From a virus, in the IMG/VR virus record IMGVR_UViG_3300025276_000030, positions 6,933 to 70,932 of that record: a DNA stretch of 64,000 nucleotides; one strand, given 5' to 3'. This document shows positions 37,768 to 47,318 of the stretch, in pieces; the stretch's first letter is position 1, and each line of letters starts with the position of its first letter. The position numbers and the translations under genes are program-made. The notes under the pieces are model-generated. The model did not search any database, was not told where the DNA came from, and saw nothing but the letters and a program-made list of their open reading frames with translations.

Positions 37768-38106
37768 TTAGTTGTCTTTGTCTAATTCAGGATGAAATTT
37801 AATATATACCTCTTTTCCATCCTCTTTTATAGACTCTCCGTCAACTTCTATTTCTGCTGGGAATATTTTAATATCTTCTCCGTACCAGTAGTTTATCTTA
37901 TACCCTCCTGATGAGGTTAATTCAATTATTAAACCTCTTTTGTAGTCATTTTCTTCTGCTTGTAGAATAATTTTCTCACCTCTTGGTAAGATCATTGCTG
38001 CTTGTTCTACTTTTCCGCCTCCTGATTCATGACCATCTTCGTTTAATTTGCTGGAAGTTGTTAGTTGATTCTCTATTAAGAATTTCTTTATGTTAAAAGT
38101 AGACAT
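37768..38106 (-). CDS. Hypothetical, possible internal head protein
   Basis: MSTFNIKKFLIEN...KLNED N-terminus; lies between the protease and scaffold genes. Confidence 0.65.
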   Translation of the reverse strand: MSTFNIKKFLIENQLTTSSKLNEDGHESGGGKVEQAAMILPRGEKIILQAEENDYKRGLIIELTSSGGYKINYWYGEDIKIFPAEIEVDGESIKEDGKEVYIKFHPELDKDN

Positions 38107-38118
38107 ATTAGTTAGTGT

Positions 38119-38676
38119 TTATGATATTAAATCTTCTACAGCATCTTTTATAAGGGAGCTGATTTCTTTTCCTTTAATTAACGCTTTACCGCTATATGCT
38201 GCTGCTGTTGCCCATTTAGTCTGTCTTAATAAGCTTACCGCTTCTCCTCCTGCTTGTCCTGCCATACCAAAGATTACTATAGCATATAAAATCTTGGCTA
38301 TACCCTGTTTTTTCTTTTCATCTTTAGTGAATATACCAACTATACGTTTAATAGGTGCCATAAATGCAGCTTCATTCTTATGAGTAAAATTAAACCACCA
38401 ATCAGCGGAATTCATCATCCCGGGTTTGTTGTATTTTTTAGCTAACCACTTAAACATCTTAGATAGCATGTTTGCTACAGTATTAGATAGCAATATATAC
38501 CCTAGAATCCCAATTATAGCTGATTCATTAACATCTTTTGCTGGAGTTACTAAAGCATCTTTGTTATCTTCTAATTCCTTCTCGATTGATTGAGCTAATT
38601 TAGAAGCCATTGCATCCATTCCGGGTTCAACGGTGTACTCCTCTTCTTTTTCAAATAAAATACTGTATAGTTTCAT
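38119..38676 (-). CDS. Hypothetical protein with MKLxxILxE start and hydrophobic helices
   Basis: MKLYSILFE...DVNE followed by the hydrophobic SAIIGILGYILLS segment. Confidence 0.7.
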   Translation of the reverse strand: MKLYSILFEKEEEYTVEPGMDAMASKLAQSIEKELEDNKDALVTPAKDVNESAIIGILGYILLSNTVANMLSKMFKWLAKKYNKPGMMNSADWWFNFTHKNEAAFMAPIKRIVGIFTKDEKKKQGIAKILYAIVIFGMAGQAGGEAVSLLRQTKWATAAAYSGKALIKGKEISSLIKDAVEDLIS

Positions 38677-39254
38677 TAAGCTCTTAGTATATCGTTAATA
38701 ATAGTATCTAGACCATTATACTTACTTACTTTCTGGGTTCCTTCTTGTAATGTGATTGGATTCATATAAGCTCCATGAGTAGACGGGTTAGAAACAAAAT
38801 CCCAACATACTAATTCGAAATCAGGCTGTACTTCCAGTGTACCTTCGTTTGTCTGATTGACAGATCCAGTACCTCTAGATGATATTCCTATTGTATGTCC
38901 TGCTTTAATTATCTCTTTAACGATATTACCTGCAGGAGTATTTAGTAGCTCTACGCGTCCCATAAGGTCGTTTCCTTTCCACCATAACTCTTTTACTATG
39001 TGAGAGGCGTTCTTTAAGGAGACAATTGGAGACTCAGGGTGATCCAGTTCTCCGAATGCATTACCGTTCTGTACAAACTCTTCTATGTACTTCTTAGATT
39101 CTCTCTCTAATATCTCCTTACTATAGGTACGTCCGTTTTGGTTTTTAGCTACTGCTCTTTGCATAACACCTTCTACTTCATATACTCCGGGTCTATCTTT
39201 AGATTCCTTAAGTAATGATTTAAACGGAGTTACCTGTATTAGTAATTGTGCCAT
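38676..39254 (-). CDS. Prohead maturation protease, T4 gp21-like
   Basis: NQNGRTY, GELDHP, SH, GISSRGTGS, WDFVSNPS. Confidence 0.95.
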   Translation of the reverse strand: MAQLLIQVTPFKSLLKESKDRPGVYEVEGVMQRAVAKNQNGRTYSKEILERESKKYIEEFVQNGNAFGELDHPESPIVSLKNASHIVKELWWKGNDLMGRVELLNTPAGNIVKEIIKAGHTIGISSRGTGSVNQTNEGTLEVQPDFELVCWDFVSNPSTHGAYMNPITLQEGTQKVSKYNGLDTIINDILRA

Positions 39255-39256
39255 AA

Positions 39257-41473
39257 TTATCTTTTCTTTTTAGTCTCCCTTAATGTACCGTTGAATGGAG
39301 CTGAGTATACTGTTTGCTTAGCTTCTTCTTCTGCAATGTCAGGTGTTCCCATATTAGGCCTGTCTATTTCTGCTCTAGAGATAGTCTTTACTTTAGGTAA
39401 TTCTACTTTCTTTATAAAGCCTCCTTTAAGTACTGGTCTAAGATCTTGTTTAAAAGCTGATTCTAACGATGGTGCAATAAATGCTCCTATATTAAGTCCT
39501 TCTTCATTTTTAAAATCAGCAGTTTTACTAAATGTATCTGCTATTTTGTCTCCAATCTTATCGTAGAATTGCTCTATTTCTGTAACAATGTTCTCTAGTG
39601 AATTAACAACTGGTTTAACGCCTGGGAATGTTTCATAACTTGAACCCCAGTCTGCTAATTTGTTTGTTGCTGCTTCATTTATTGTTCCTTCTTCTAGTAC
39701 TTTAGCAATAATTGATTTTAAGTTCTCTTTAACTAATTGCTCATCTTTGTTCAATGCTTTCTTAATAGCTTTATCTTTACCAGCCATATAATCATCTGCG
39801 TCTACATCTCCGTCTCCGTCATGATCTTTTCCTTTCTCTTCTTCTAAGTTCTCAACTATAAATTGAGTTTCTAAGTAACTAAGTAAGTCTTTTTTAGCAT
39901 GTTCTATCATTCCAGGTTCTGTCATAGGACCCATCTTCCATTCTTCCCAAGCTTCAATTAAAAAATTAACACCTTTATCTAACTTAGGTCCCATACTTTC
40001 AACATATCCACCAGTTTCGTAGTCATTTTCTGTTACGACTTTTCCACCTGTAGCCTTCTTTCTTCTTCCTTCTGCTAGTTTTCCGTATGTTTTAGATCTT
40101 TTACCTTCGTTTTGCTTTCTGGAAGGATCTACTCCTTCGTTAAAGCCTAGTAAAGTTTGCTTAATAGCTTTTCTAAAGTTTCTTAAGTGGTCTAATGCTT
40201 CTACCTTGTCCTTTTCTTCTATAGATTCAATAGCATACGACAAGTGGCTTGCTTCTGAGTGGTAGTTAACATCTGTAAAGGAGTCAAATATATCTATAAG
40301 GGTATCAATAGGAGTGTTTAACCTAACCTTTAATCCTGCTTCCAACATACCTTCATAATCGAAGTCTGATGAGAACATTTGTCCTGGTTTGTAAGGTTTA
40401 ACTATATTATCTTTTTGACCGTACTTCTCGATATCTTTCATATCTTGATCAGTCATTGCTTCGTCTACATCTTCTTCATCAATCTCTATCTCTTGCATGT
40501 TGTCAATACTGTCTCTATTGATAGTATCGTACTCATTGTAGTTGCTCCAAATATCTTCTATATCTTGAACATCTATATCTCCTGAGAATATATCATCTTT
40601 GTGTGTTCTGATAAATTCTAATGCTTGATCTGTATTAACTTTAAATCCTTTTTCATCTCCTACAATGGTTAATGCATCAATAACTTTTCTCATAGCCATT
40701 TTTCTATTTGCATTAGACATCACAACGTTATACATCTTACCGTCTTCTCCTCTTTCCATTCTACCTGGGGATGTTGGTATTGGTTCTGCTTCTGACATTT
40801 CTCCTCCTAAGTAAGCGTTTGATATATCTCTATAATCAACTTCTTCTTCTTGTCCGTCTTTGTCAACTGCAAAAACAATATCGTCATGCCACATAGCAGC
40901 ATTGTCGTCGTTATTGGAGTTTGGATTATATATTATTAATTCTCTTCCGTCTACTAGTTGAATGAAAGCATCATCGGCACTTCCTAAAGCTTTTATTAAA
41001 GTGTCTTTAGTGTAGTTCTCTTTTAACTCTACTTTTTTCATTCCGTTTTCTTTATCTACTTCTTTTCCTTTTGCATACTCAACTGGTTTGTCATGCTTAT
41101 CTACCTTAGTAGACTCACCTGCCATTATATTAAGGTAGTGTAAAGGATCTTTGATTAGATTAGCTAATGCTTTATCTTTAGCTTTAGCTTGATCTTCTAC
41201 TGATACAGAGTCTTGAGACATTCTTCCCATTTCTTCTATTTCAATATCAGCTCCTCGCCGTATTGCTTCATCTGATAAGTTATGATGCTTCAAAGCTTTG
41301 TCTTCTGCTTTTTCAGAAATCAGTCCCTTATTTTTGAGAATTGATACAGTATCTTCAAATCCATTGAATTGAGATAGTAAATTTGGCATAGCCATGCGAG
41401 CATCTCTTACGAATTGCGTTTTGTTAAACGTTTCGTTTAGTACTCCTCTATATTTTTCAGTTAACGTTTTCAT
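39257..41473 (-). CDS. Large acidic putative internal head/core protein
   Basis: 738 aa; NLIKDPLHY, DHDGDGDVDADDY, many (L/I/V)xE sites; lies between portal and protease. Confidence 0.65.
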   Translation of the reverse strand: MKTLTEKYRGVLNETFNKTQFVRDARMAMPNLLSQFNGFEDTVSILKNKGLISEKAEDKALKHHNLSDEAIRRGADIEIEEMGRMSQDSVSVEDQAKAKDKALANLIKDPLHYLNIMAGESTKVDKHDKPVEYAKGKEVDKENGMKKVELKENYTKDTLIKALGSADDAFIQLVDGRELIIYNPNSNNDDNAAMWHDDIVFAVDKDGQEEEVDYRDISNAYLGGEMSEAEPIPTSPGRMERGEDGKMYNVVMSNANRKMAMRKVIDALTIVGDEKGFKVNTDQALEFIRTHKDDIFSGDIDVQDIEDIWSNYNEYDTINRDSIDNMQEIEIDEEDVDEAMTDQDMKDIEKYGQKDNIVKPYKPGQMFSSDFDYEGMLEAGLKVRLNTPIDTLIDIFDSFTDVNYHSEASHLSYAIESIEEKDKVEALDHLRNFRKAIKQTLLGFNEGVDPSRKQNEGKRSKTYGKLAEGRRKKATGGKVVTENDYETGGYVESMGPKLDKGVNFLIEAWEEWKMGPMTEPGMIEHAKKDLLSYLETQFIVENLEEEKGKDHDGDGDVDADDYMAGKDKAIKKALNKDEQLVKENLKSIIAKVLEEGTINEAATNKLADWGSSYETFPGVKPVVNSLENIVTEIEQFYDKIGDKIADTFSKTADFKNEEGLNIGAFIAPSLESAFKQDLRPVLKGGFIKKVELPKVKTISRAEIDRPNMGTPDIAEEEAKQTVYSAPFNGTLRETKKKR

Positions 41474-41678
41474 CTAAGTAATCAAACATTTTAGTGTTAT
41501 ACGGTCGTTTTAAATTTTTCACTTGTTTAAAACCTAATTTTTCTGCTTGCTTTGTTGCTCTGTTCTTCTTATTACCTTTGCTAAAAGCATTAGGTGTTTG
41601 GAAAGCTCCAATTGCGCCAGTTGAATTAAGTTCTTCAATAACCTCTCTTACTGCTTTAATTAATTTACTCTTTTTCAT
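41457..41678 (-). CDS. Small head-module protein
   Basis: MKKSKLIKAVREVIEELNSTGAIGAFQTPNAF. Confidence 0.7.
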   Translation of the reverse strand: MKKSKLIKAVREVIEELNSTGAIGAFQTPNAFSKGNKKNRATKQAEKLGFKQVKNLKRPYNTKMFDYLDENVN

Positions 41679-42529
41679 AGTTTACGCATTTCGTTAACTA
41701 AGTCATAGTACTGCATTAAATTAATAAGGTGATTGTCATTTATCTTTTCAGTTTTCTTAAGAGTTTTAACACCCTTTAGTACTTCCTGTAATTTTATTTT
41801 TACTACTTCATCTTTGACCTTTTCTGATAGTCCTTGGACTTCTTTTCTGATCTTTGCTACTTCTTCGTTTACTAGGTTTCGTAGTCTAGTTGTTGAATCA
41901 ACAGAAGTAATGAATTCTTTAAGTATATTTTTTTGCTCCGGTAAAAGAGTTTTATAGCTAGAATTAAATTTCTCTAGTAAAATCTTATAAGTAAGCAAAC
42001 GTAAATCTTTGTCGTATTTAGCGTACTCTTCTATTAAGGTATCTTTTACTGAGTCTTTATCTACTTTAGAAGAAGTTAAGTGCTCTAGTACAGTTAATTT
42101 ATTATTAACTAAAAAATTTGGATCTACTAAAGTATCATTATTCTGAGCTTCTAATAAGCAGTACAGTGCAGCTAGTGGAGTATAGTCCCTTACTTGAATT
42201 GCAAAGAAATCTTCTATGTTATAGTGTTTCTTAATTTCTGATATAAGTCTATACTTCTGATCTTTTAACGTTTGTTGGCTTAACTTCCTAGAAATTTCAG
42301 TTATAGTTGAAATAACAGTTTCCGCTCTTGCTTCACTTAAGCTATTGTTTTTAAGAATATACTCATAGAGTTTAAGCTCTTTTGCTAAAGCAGTGTGACC
42401 GCTAAAGTACTTCTTTAATATACTTACTGCAGCTGATTCATTCCTTGAGAGTGTATCGGCAGCAATCTGTTTAACTAGCAGTTCGTAGATTAAACCAGTA
42501 TTTTTAAATTTCGAATGTTTTATCTTCAT
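41675..42529 (-). CDS. Hypothetical helical head-module protein
   Basis: MKIKHSKFKNTGLIYELL; directly downstream of the portal; TATTTATA at 42547-42554. Confidence 0.7.
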   Translation of the reverse strand: MKIKHSKFKNTGLIYELLVKQIAADTLSRNESAAVSILKKYFSGHTALAKELKLYEYILKNNSLSEARAETVISTITEISRKLSQQTLKDQKYRLISEIKKHYNIEDFFAIQVRDYTPLAALYCLLEAQNNDTLVDPNFLVNNKLTVLEHLTSSKVDKDSVKDTLIEEYAKYDKDLRLLTYKILLEKFNSSYKTLLPEQKNILKEFITSVDSTTRLRNLVNEEVAKIRKEVQGLSEKVKDEVVKIKLQEVLKGVKTLKKTEKINDNHLINLMQYYDLVNEMRKL

Positions 42530-42558
42530 AATATACGGTTACTATATATAAATATGGG

Positions 42559-44454
42559 TTAGTCTTCTAAATCTTTAAGTTGTGACTCATCTAATAGTTT
42601 AGATTCACGTTCTTTTTTGTTCTCAAAGACCATTTCCTTCTTCTCATTAAAGGAATCCTTAATTTGATGGTATATAGTTTGTGCTTTTGTTGTGTTAGTA
42701 TCTTCTGTACTTTCCGAGACATTTTCATTGTCTGAGTCAAATCCTCCATGCATGCCGTGTACACCTAATCTATCTCTTCCTCCTATAGGATCTGCATTGG
42801 TACCGTATACTGATGCTTTCTCTTTAGGTCTTCCGCCTTTGGCTGCTTTCTCATCATACCCTGGAGGTACATTACCTGAACCTTTCTCTGTAGCAGTAGC
42901 TCTTCTACCGTACATAGACGCTAAATCATGAGGAGTACCGTAAGATCTACCGGATGATGCAGGATCGTTTCCTTCAGCCTCTACTTGTGCTATTCTAAAG
43001 GTTCTCTTAGCATCTTCTCTAACTAAGTCTCTCATCTCATTATACTTATCTTCTGATAAATTAAAGATATGGTCGTATATATAGTCAGTTGAGAACATTT
43101 TAGAGTCTTTCATCTGACCTGCTAAGTCAATTTTTTCTTTTAGTAATGCTACTTTTTCTTGTTCGTATATTACTGATGGGTTAGTTAACTTAATTTCGAA
43201 GTTAGTTAAGCTTTCTCCTGTGAAGCCTTGAGTATATAAATGTACTAAAGCTATCTTTGTTAATTCCGATTCTACTATCTTCTGTATTCTTTCTACTGTT
43301 CTTGCGAATCTAATATCTTCTGCCGCTAAAGTAGCTTTACCACTAAGATCCCCTTCATAGCCGAAGTATGCTTTAGGTATCTTTAAAGCAGCAAATAACT
43401 TAGCCTGTAGGTATTGTATATCGTTAGTACCATCGTATTCCAGACCTTTAGTTGTCTCTATTCTTGTTGATGCATCTCCACCTCTAACAGGAACATAGAA
43501 ATCTTCCATCATGTTCTGCATATTAAACTTCAAATTGTATTGCCCAGTTTTGGAGTCTACAAATGGAGTCTTCTTCATAGTGTTGATAGTCTTTTGCATG
43601 AACTGATCTACCTCTGCTGGAGGTATAGAACCTACATTTACAAAGAAAGTTCTCTTTTCAGGTGCTCTCATGATACGGTGTATAAGCATCGCATCTTCCA
43701 TTAGAGTTAACTGTTTGAATATTTTTCTAGCTGGTTCAATAAATGACCTTCCGTACGGTAGATAAGCATGATCTGATATTAATCTAAAGTGTGCTACCTC
43801 GTAGTTGTCTAAAGCTATAATTTTACTATTTTGTGATGGTATGTAGTTAGGGTCTTGAGTTGATGCTAATCCGTCAGGGTTGATAGTAAACTGTACTTCT
43901 GATGGTTTCTCTGGATCTACTCCTTCGTGTCGTGCCATATTGTATACCGTATAAGGTAGTACGTTGTACACTCCGAACTTTTCTGCGATTTCTAATTTTA
44001 AGAAGTAATCTCCATGCTTACACATTCCTCTAACCCATGACCATAGGTTAAACTCTATATTAAGTACATCGTAGAAGAGGTTATAAAGAACTCTTTGTAA
44101 GTTCTCATCTGAAGATTTAATTGCTAAAACTTCACCCATATCGTTTTTAAGTGTAGCTTCGTCTGCTAATATGTCTAATGCTGATGCTATGATAGGATCG
44201 GTGTCCATTGCTTCATAATCGGAATATAGCTGTACTCTTAATGTTTGGTAATTTAATACGGGATTAAATATATTCTTATTATTGTGAATATGTAATCTTG
44301 AAAATCTATCGATCAGAGAGTTGGTTTCAAAGTTACCTGTTGTCTGTATCTGATTTATATCAGCTACCTTAAGCTCTCTTCCTCCGATGTTTCTAATAAT
44401 TACATCAGAAGAGAAAAGTCTCTGTAGTCTTGGAAATAGTGATTTATCTGCCAT
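42559..44454 (-). CDS. Portal protein, T4 gp20-like
   Basis: LMEDAMLIHRIMRAPEKRTFFVNVG, MMEDFYVPVRGG, ALKIP, EDIRF. Confidence 0.95.
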   Translation of the reverse strand: MADKSLFPRLQRLFSSDVIIRNIGGRELKVADINQIQTTGNFETNSLIDRFSRLHIHNNKNIFNPVLNYQTLRVQLYSDYEAMDTDPIIASALDILADEATLKNDMGEVLAIKSSDENLQRVLYNLFYDVLNIEFNLWSWVRGMCKHGDYFLKLEIAEKFGVYNVLPYTVYNMARHEGVDPEKPSEVQFTINPDGLASTQDPNYIPSQNSKIIALDNYEVAHFRLISDHAYLPYGRSFIEPARKIFKQLTLMEDAMLIHRIMRAPEKRTFFVNVGSIPPAEVDQFMQKTINTMKKTPFVDSKTGQYNLKFNMQNMMEDFYVPVRGGDASTRIETTKGLEYDGTNDIQYLQAKLFAALKIPKAYFGYEGDLSGKATLAAEDIRFARTVERIQKIVESELTKIALVHLYTQGFTGESLTNFEIKLTNPSVIYEQEKVALLKEKIDLAGQMKDSKMFSTDYIYDHIFNLSEDKYNEMRDLVREDAKRTFRIAQVEAEGNDPASSGRSYGTPHDLASMYGRRATATEKGSGNVPPGYDEKAAKGGRPKEKASVYGTNADPIGGRDRLGVHGMHGGFDSDNENVSESTEDTNTTKAQTIYHQIKDSFNEKKEMVFENKKERESKLLDESQLKDLED

Positions 44455-44496
44455 TCAATGAATATTTTAATTCAGTATATATTATAAATAGCACCT

Positions 44497-46071
44497 TTAT
44501 AATAACCAAGATATATCTTCTTGTTCACCAGTGCCGTTATCCATAAGATACGGATTATTTTGTTGTTCTCCAACTGTTTTCATGATTCCTTTGTTCTGAG
44601 CGTTTAGGTTCTGAAAAGATGATAGCTGTGCTCTAGCTAGGTCTAATCCCTGTTGTCTCATTCTTAATGCAGTATCTCTTACATATAGTGCAGTTGCACA
44701 AGAGATAAGCAAATCATCATTGTAGTTTGTCTGAGCTTGTGGTTTACCGTTCTTCCATACAAAGACTCTCATTTCACCTATTAACCTTTTTGACTGTATA
44801 GTTACTCCTTTTTCACGTATATACTCAATCATCTTAGCAATAACAAGAGGTCTAGTTCTAACGGACATAGTAAAGCCGGGTACTAGTTTATCTCTTTCAA
44901 ATTTACTCATATATGATTCTACTGTTTCCGTACTGGATGTAGAACTGTAGTATAGGTTCTTATATTCACGTGCCATTATCTGTTCTATTGTAGCCCAGCC
45001 TATATTAGCATTTTCACATACTAATAGTGCATCGTTGTACTCTGATGCTATACCTACCAGTACGTTACCGAATTCCTTTGGTGATATCTTACCTTTATAC
45101 TCTCCTACTTGAACTGCATTTTCTATATCAAACACATGGAATGCTGAATAATCAGCTGAGTCTCCTCTTGCGACATCTGCAACTACCATATAAGATTTAG
45201 TGAAGTCAACTCCTTCCCATATCCATAAGTTACCATCAACGCCTCTTCTTTCAAGAGGGTCTTTTAAGTACGTTTGTTCGTAAAATAACATATCATCTGG
45301 TTCGAATACAGTGTCCCCAGAAGCTAAGAAATCACAATCACACTCTTGACCTGCCATACGTGGTCCTAGGTCTCTATCTTGTTGATCTCTCCATACTTGA
45401 TTCCTCTCAGGGTGTACCGTCCAAGGTAGTCTTACAGGAAGAAATGAATTTTCTCCTGATTCAGCTTTATCCCAGGTTTGGTGAAACCAGTTACCAATAC
45501 CGTTAGGAGTTGATAATGCCATACACTGTCCACCGGTTGCTAAGGTTTGTTGTGCAGCTGTAAACGTTTCTTCAATGTTATCAATAAAGGCTGCTTCATC
45601 GATAAGTAGTAGTGATACTGCCTCAGATCTTGCTGCATCGGCGTTAGAAGACTTAGCTGTGATTTTAGATCCATTTTTTAGTCTTAATGATAATTTGTTT
45701 TTCTCTACTGCCGGTAGCCTTAACCATTTAGGTAGCTGATCGTACATAAACATTGTCTTAGATACTAGGTTACGTGCTGTTGCTTGTGTAGTTGCTAGTG
45801 CTAGAACGTTTTTATCTTTATGGAATAACATCAACCATAATGAGTACCCTGCAGCTAAAGTAGAGATACCTAACTGTCTAGATTTTAAAGTAATAAGAAA
45901 TTGATTATCTCTAAAGAGATGTAGTACCTTACCTTGAAAAGGGTATAGGTTAAATAATATACGGCCTCTAGTAGGGTGCTGTATATAACAGTACTTCTTC
46001 ATGAAGTATTCCGGATCCTTAGCACACTTGATATACTCCTGTGCTATGATCTTTTTTATGTCTTGTGCCAT
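44497..46071 (-). CDS. Terminase large subunit, T4 gp17-like
   Basis: LYPFQ, KSRQLGIS (Walker A), LLLIDEAAF (Walker B), STPNG, VADVARG and NDDL (nuclease). Confidence 0.95.
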   Translation of the reverse strand: MAQDIKKIIAQEYIKCAKDPEYFMKKYCYIQHPTRGRILFNLYPFQGKVLHLFRDNQFLITLKSRQLGISTLAAGYSLWLMLFHKDKNVLALATTQATARNLVSKTMFMYDQLPKWLRLPAVEKNKLSLRLKNGSKITAKSSNADAARSEAVSLLLIDEAAFIDNIEETFTAAQQTLATGGQCMALSTPNGIGNWFHQTWDKAESGENSFLPVRLPWTVHPERNQVWRDQQDRDLGPRMAGQECDCDFLASGDTVFEPDDMLFYEQTYLKDPLERRGVDGNLWIWEGVDFTKSYMVVADVARGDSADYSAFHVFDIENAVQVGEYKGKISPKEFGNVLVGIASEYNDALLVCENANIGWATIEQIMAREYKNLYYSSTSSTETVESYMSKFERDKLVPGFTMSVRTRPLVIAKMIEYIREKGVTIQSKRLIGEMRVFVWKNGKPQAQTNYNDDLLISCATALYVRDTALRMRQQGLDLARAQLSSFQNLNAQNKGIMKTVGEQQNNPYLMDNGTGEQEDISWLL

Positions 46072-46074
46072 AAC

Positions 46075-47313
46075 TTATTTATATTGCCTCACTCCATCTT
46101 TTTCTGATACAAGTGAGATACCTAGTGCTGTTGCCCAATCTGGATTAATATACCAGGGTGAGTCTACATTTTCTCTTTTTATAAAGAGGCTTCCACCTCT
46201 TGCTTCATTTGATCCTCTAACATGAATATAAAGGTCTTCTAGTACCGTTAAAGCATTTGTGTCAAATGGAACTAATCCACTTACTAAAGTTGTAATTTCA
46301 GAAGGTACTGCTCCTTTAAAGAAACAGTTAGGAGTTAATTCACTATCAGCTCCAAATTTTCTAGCTGCTGTATAAGCTTCTAATGCTTCATCTTGGTTAA
46401 GCTGTAATGGACCACGTCCTTCTACAGTGTATGTACTAGAAGAGGTGCTAATAAAGAAAGCTAAATTTTTTGTAGTAGTTCCTTTTTTTAATAAAGTATT
46501 AGCTACTATACCGTTATATATCTTTATTACTTCTTCTTTAATTTTACCTTTTTCAAATATCTGTAAAACTCTTTGAGGTCTTGTCCAATTTTCTACGAAA
46601 GTAGCATTACCTGCTTTTAAACTAATTCTTAACTTATTAGAATTAATAGGTTTAACTTCTTTATCTAATATAACAAGTAAATCAGTTTTAGGTTTTCCTG
46701 GAGTTCTTCCTCTTGCTTCACCTATATACTGAACTTCAACATCTTTTCCGTCATGTTTAAAGTTATAGTTTTCATCTGAGGCATTGTGGAATAAAAGAGC
46801 TACGTCTTTTTCTTGTGGATGCCCAGGAATAAAGGGGTGTAATACTCCTGATTTATGTTTTTTAGCTTCTCCCGGTTCAAATGCGTCTACTCCTTTACCT
46901 GTAGGTTTATTAATAGATGTGATACTTAATAAGTATTCACTACCATCGTACTTAACAGTAGCTAACTTGCTTACTCCTTTTTGAATTAAATCCGCTACCT
47001 TCTTAGATATAATATTAAACTCTGTTCCTTTTTTAATACTAACTGGTTCTTCTTCATCAGATGTGGGTATTAGTATAGTGTCCCTATCTGCAGTGTACAT
47101 AAAGTTTTCGGAATCTTCTTTGTCTGTAACGTACTTTTCAAATGTTCCAGTAGTAGAGGGGTAGCCTGTAGCTTTACCTCCCATATTTGATTCACCTAAT
47201 TTAAAGCCAAATATAGTTTCAAACAAAGACATATCGTCTTCATTATCGATATCAGGATATCCTTTTTCAGTCTTGTACGACCATTCTAATATAATCTTAT
47301 CTAGTAAGTTCAT
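46075..47313 (-). CDS. Hypothetical protein with restriction-endonuclease-like PD-(D/E)xK motif
   Basis: QEKD...GKPKTDLLV...ISLKA; N-terminal MNLLDKIILEWSY. Confidence 0.5.
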   Translation of the reverse strand: MNLLDKIILEWSYKTEKGYPDIDNEDDMSLFETIFGFKLGESNMGGKATGYPSTTGTFEKYVTDKEDSENFMYTADRDTILIPTSDEEEPVSIKKGTEFNIISKKVADLIQKGVSKLATVKYDGSEYLLSITSINKPTGKGVDAFEPGEAKKHKSGVLHPFIPGHPQEKDVALLFHNASDENYNFKHDGKDVEVQYIGEARGRTPGKPKTDLLVILDKEVKPINSNKLRISLKAGNATFVENWTRPQRVLQIFEKGKIKEEVIKIYNGIVANTLLKKGTTTKNLAFFISTSSSTYTVEGRGPLQLNQDEALEAYTAARKFGADSELTPNCFFKGAVPSEITTLVSGLVPFDTNALTVLEDLYIHVRGSNEARGGSLFIKRENVDSPWYINPDWATALGISLVSEKDGVRQYK

Positions 47314-47318
47314 TTTAT

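Noticed and set aside
44497-46071. Intein or intron in terminase (also checked portal, capsid, primase)
   Set aside because: Lengths are ordinary and motifs are contiguous
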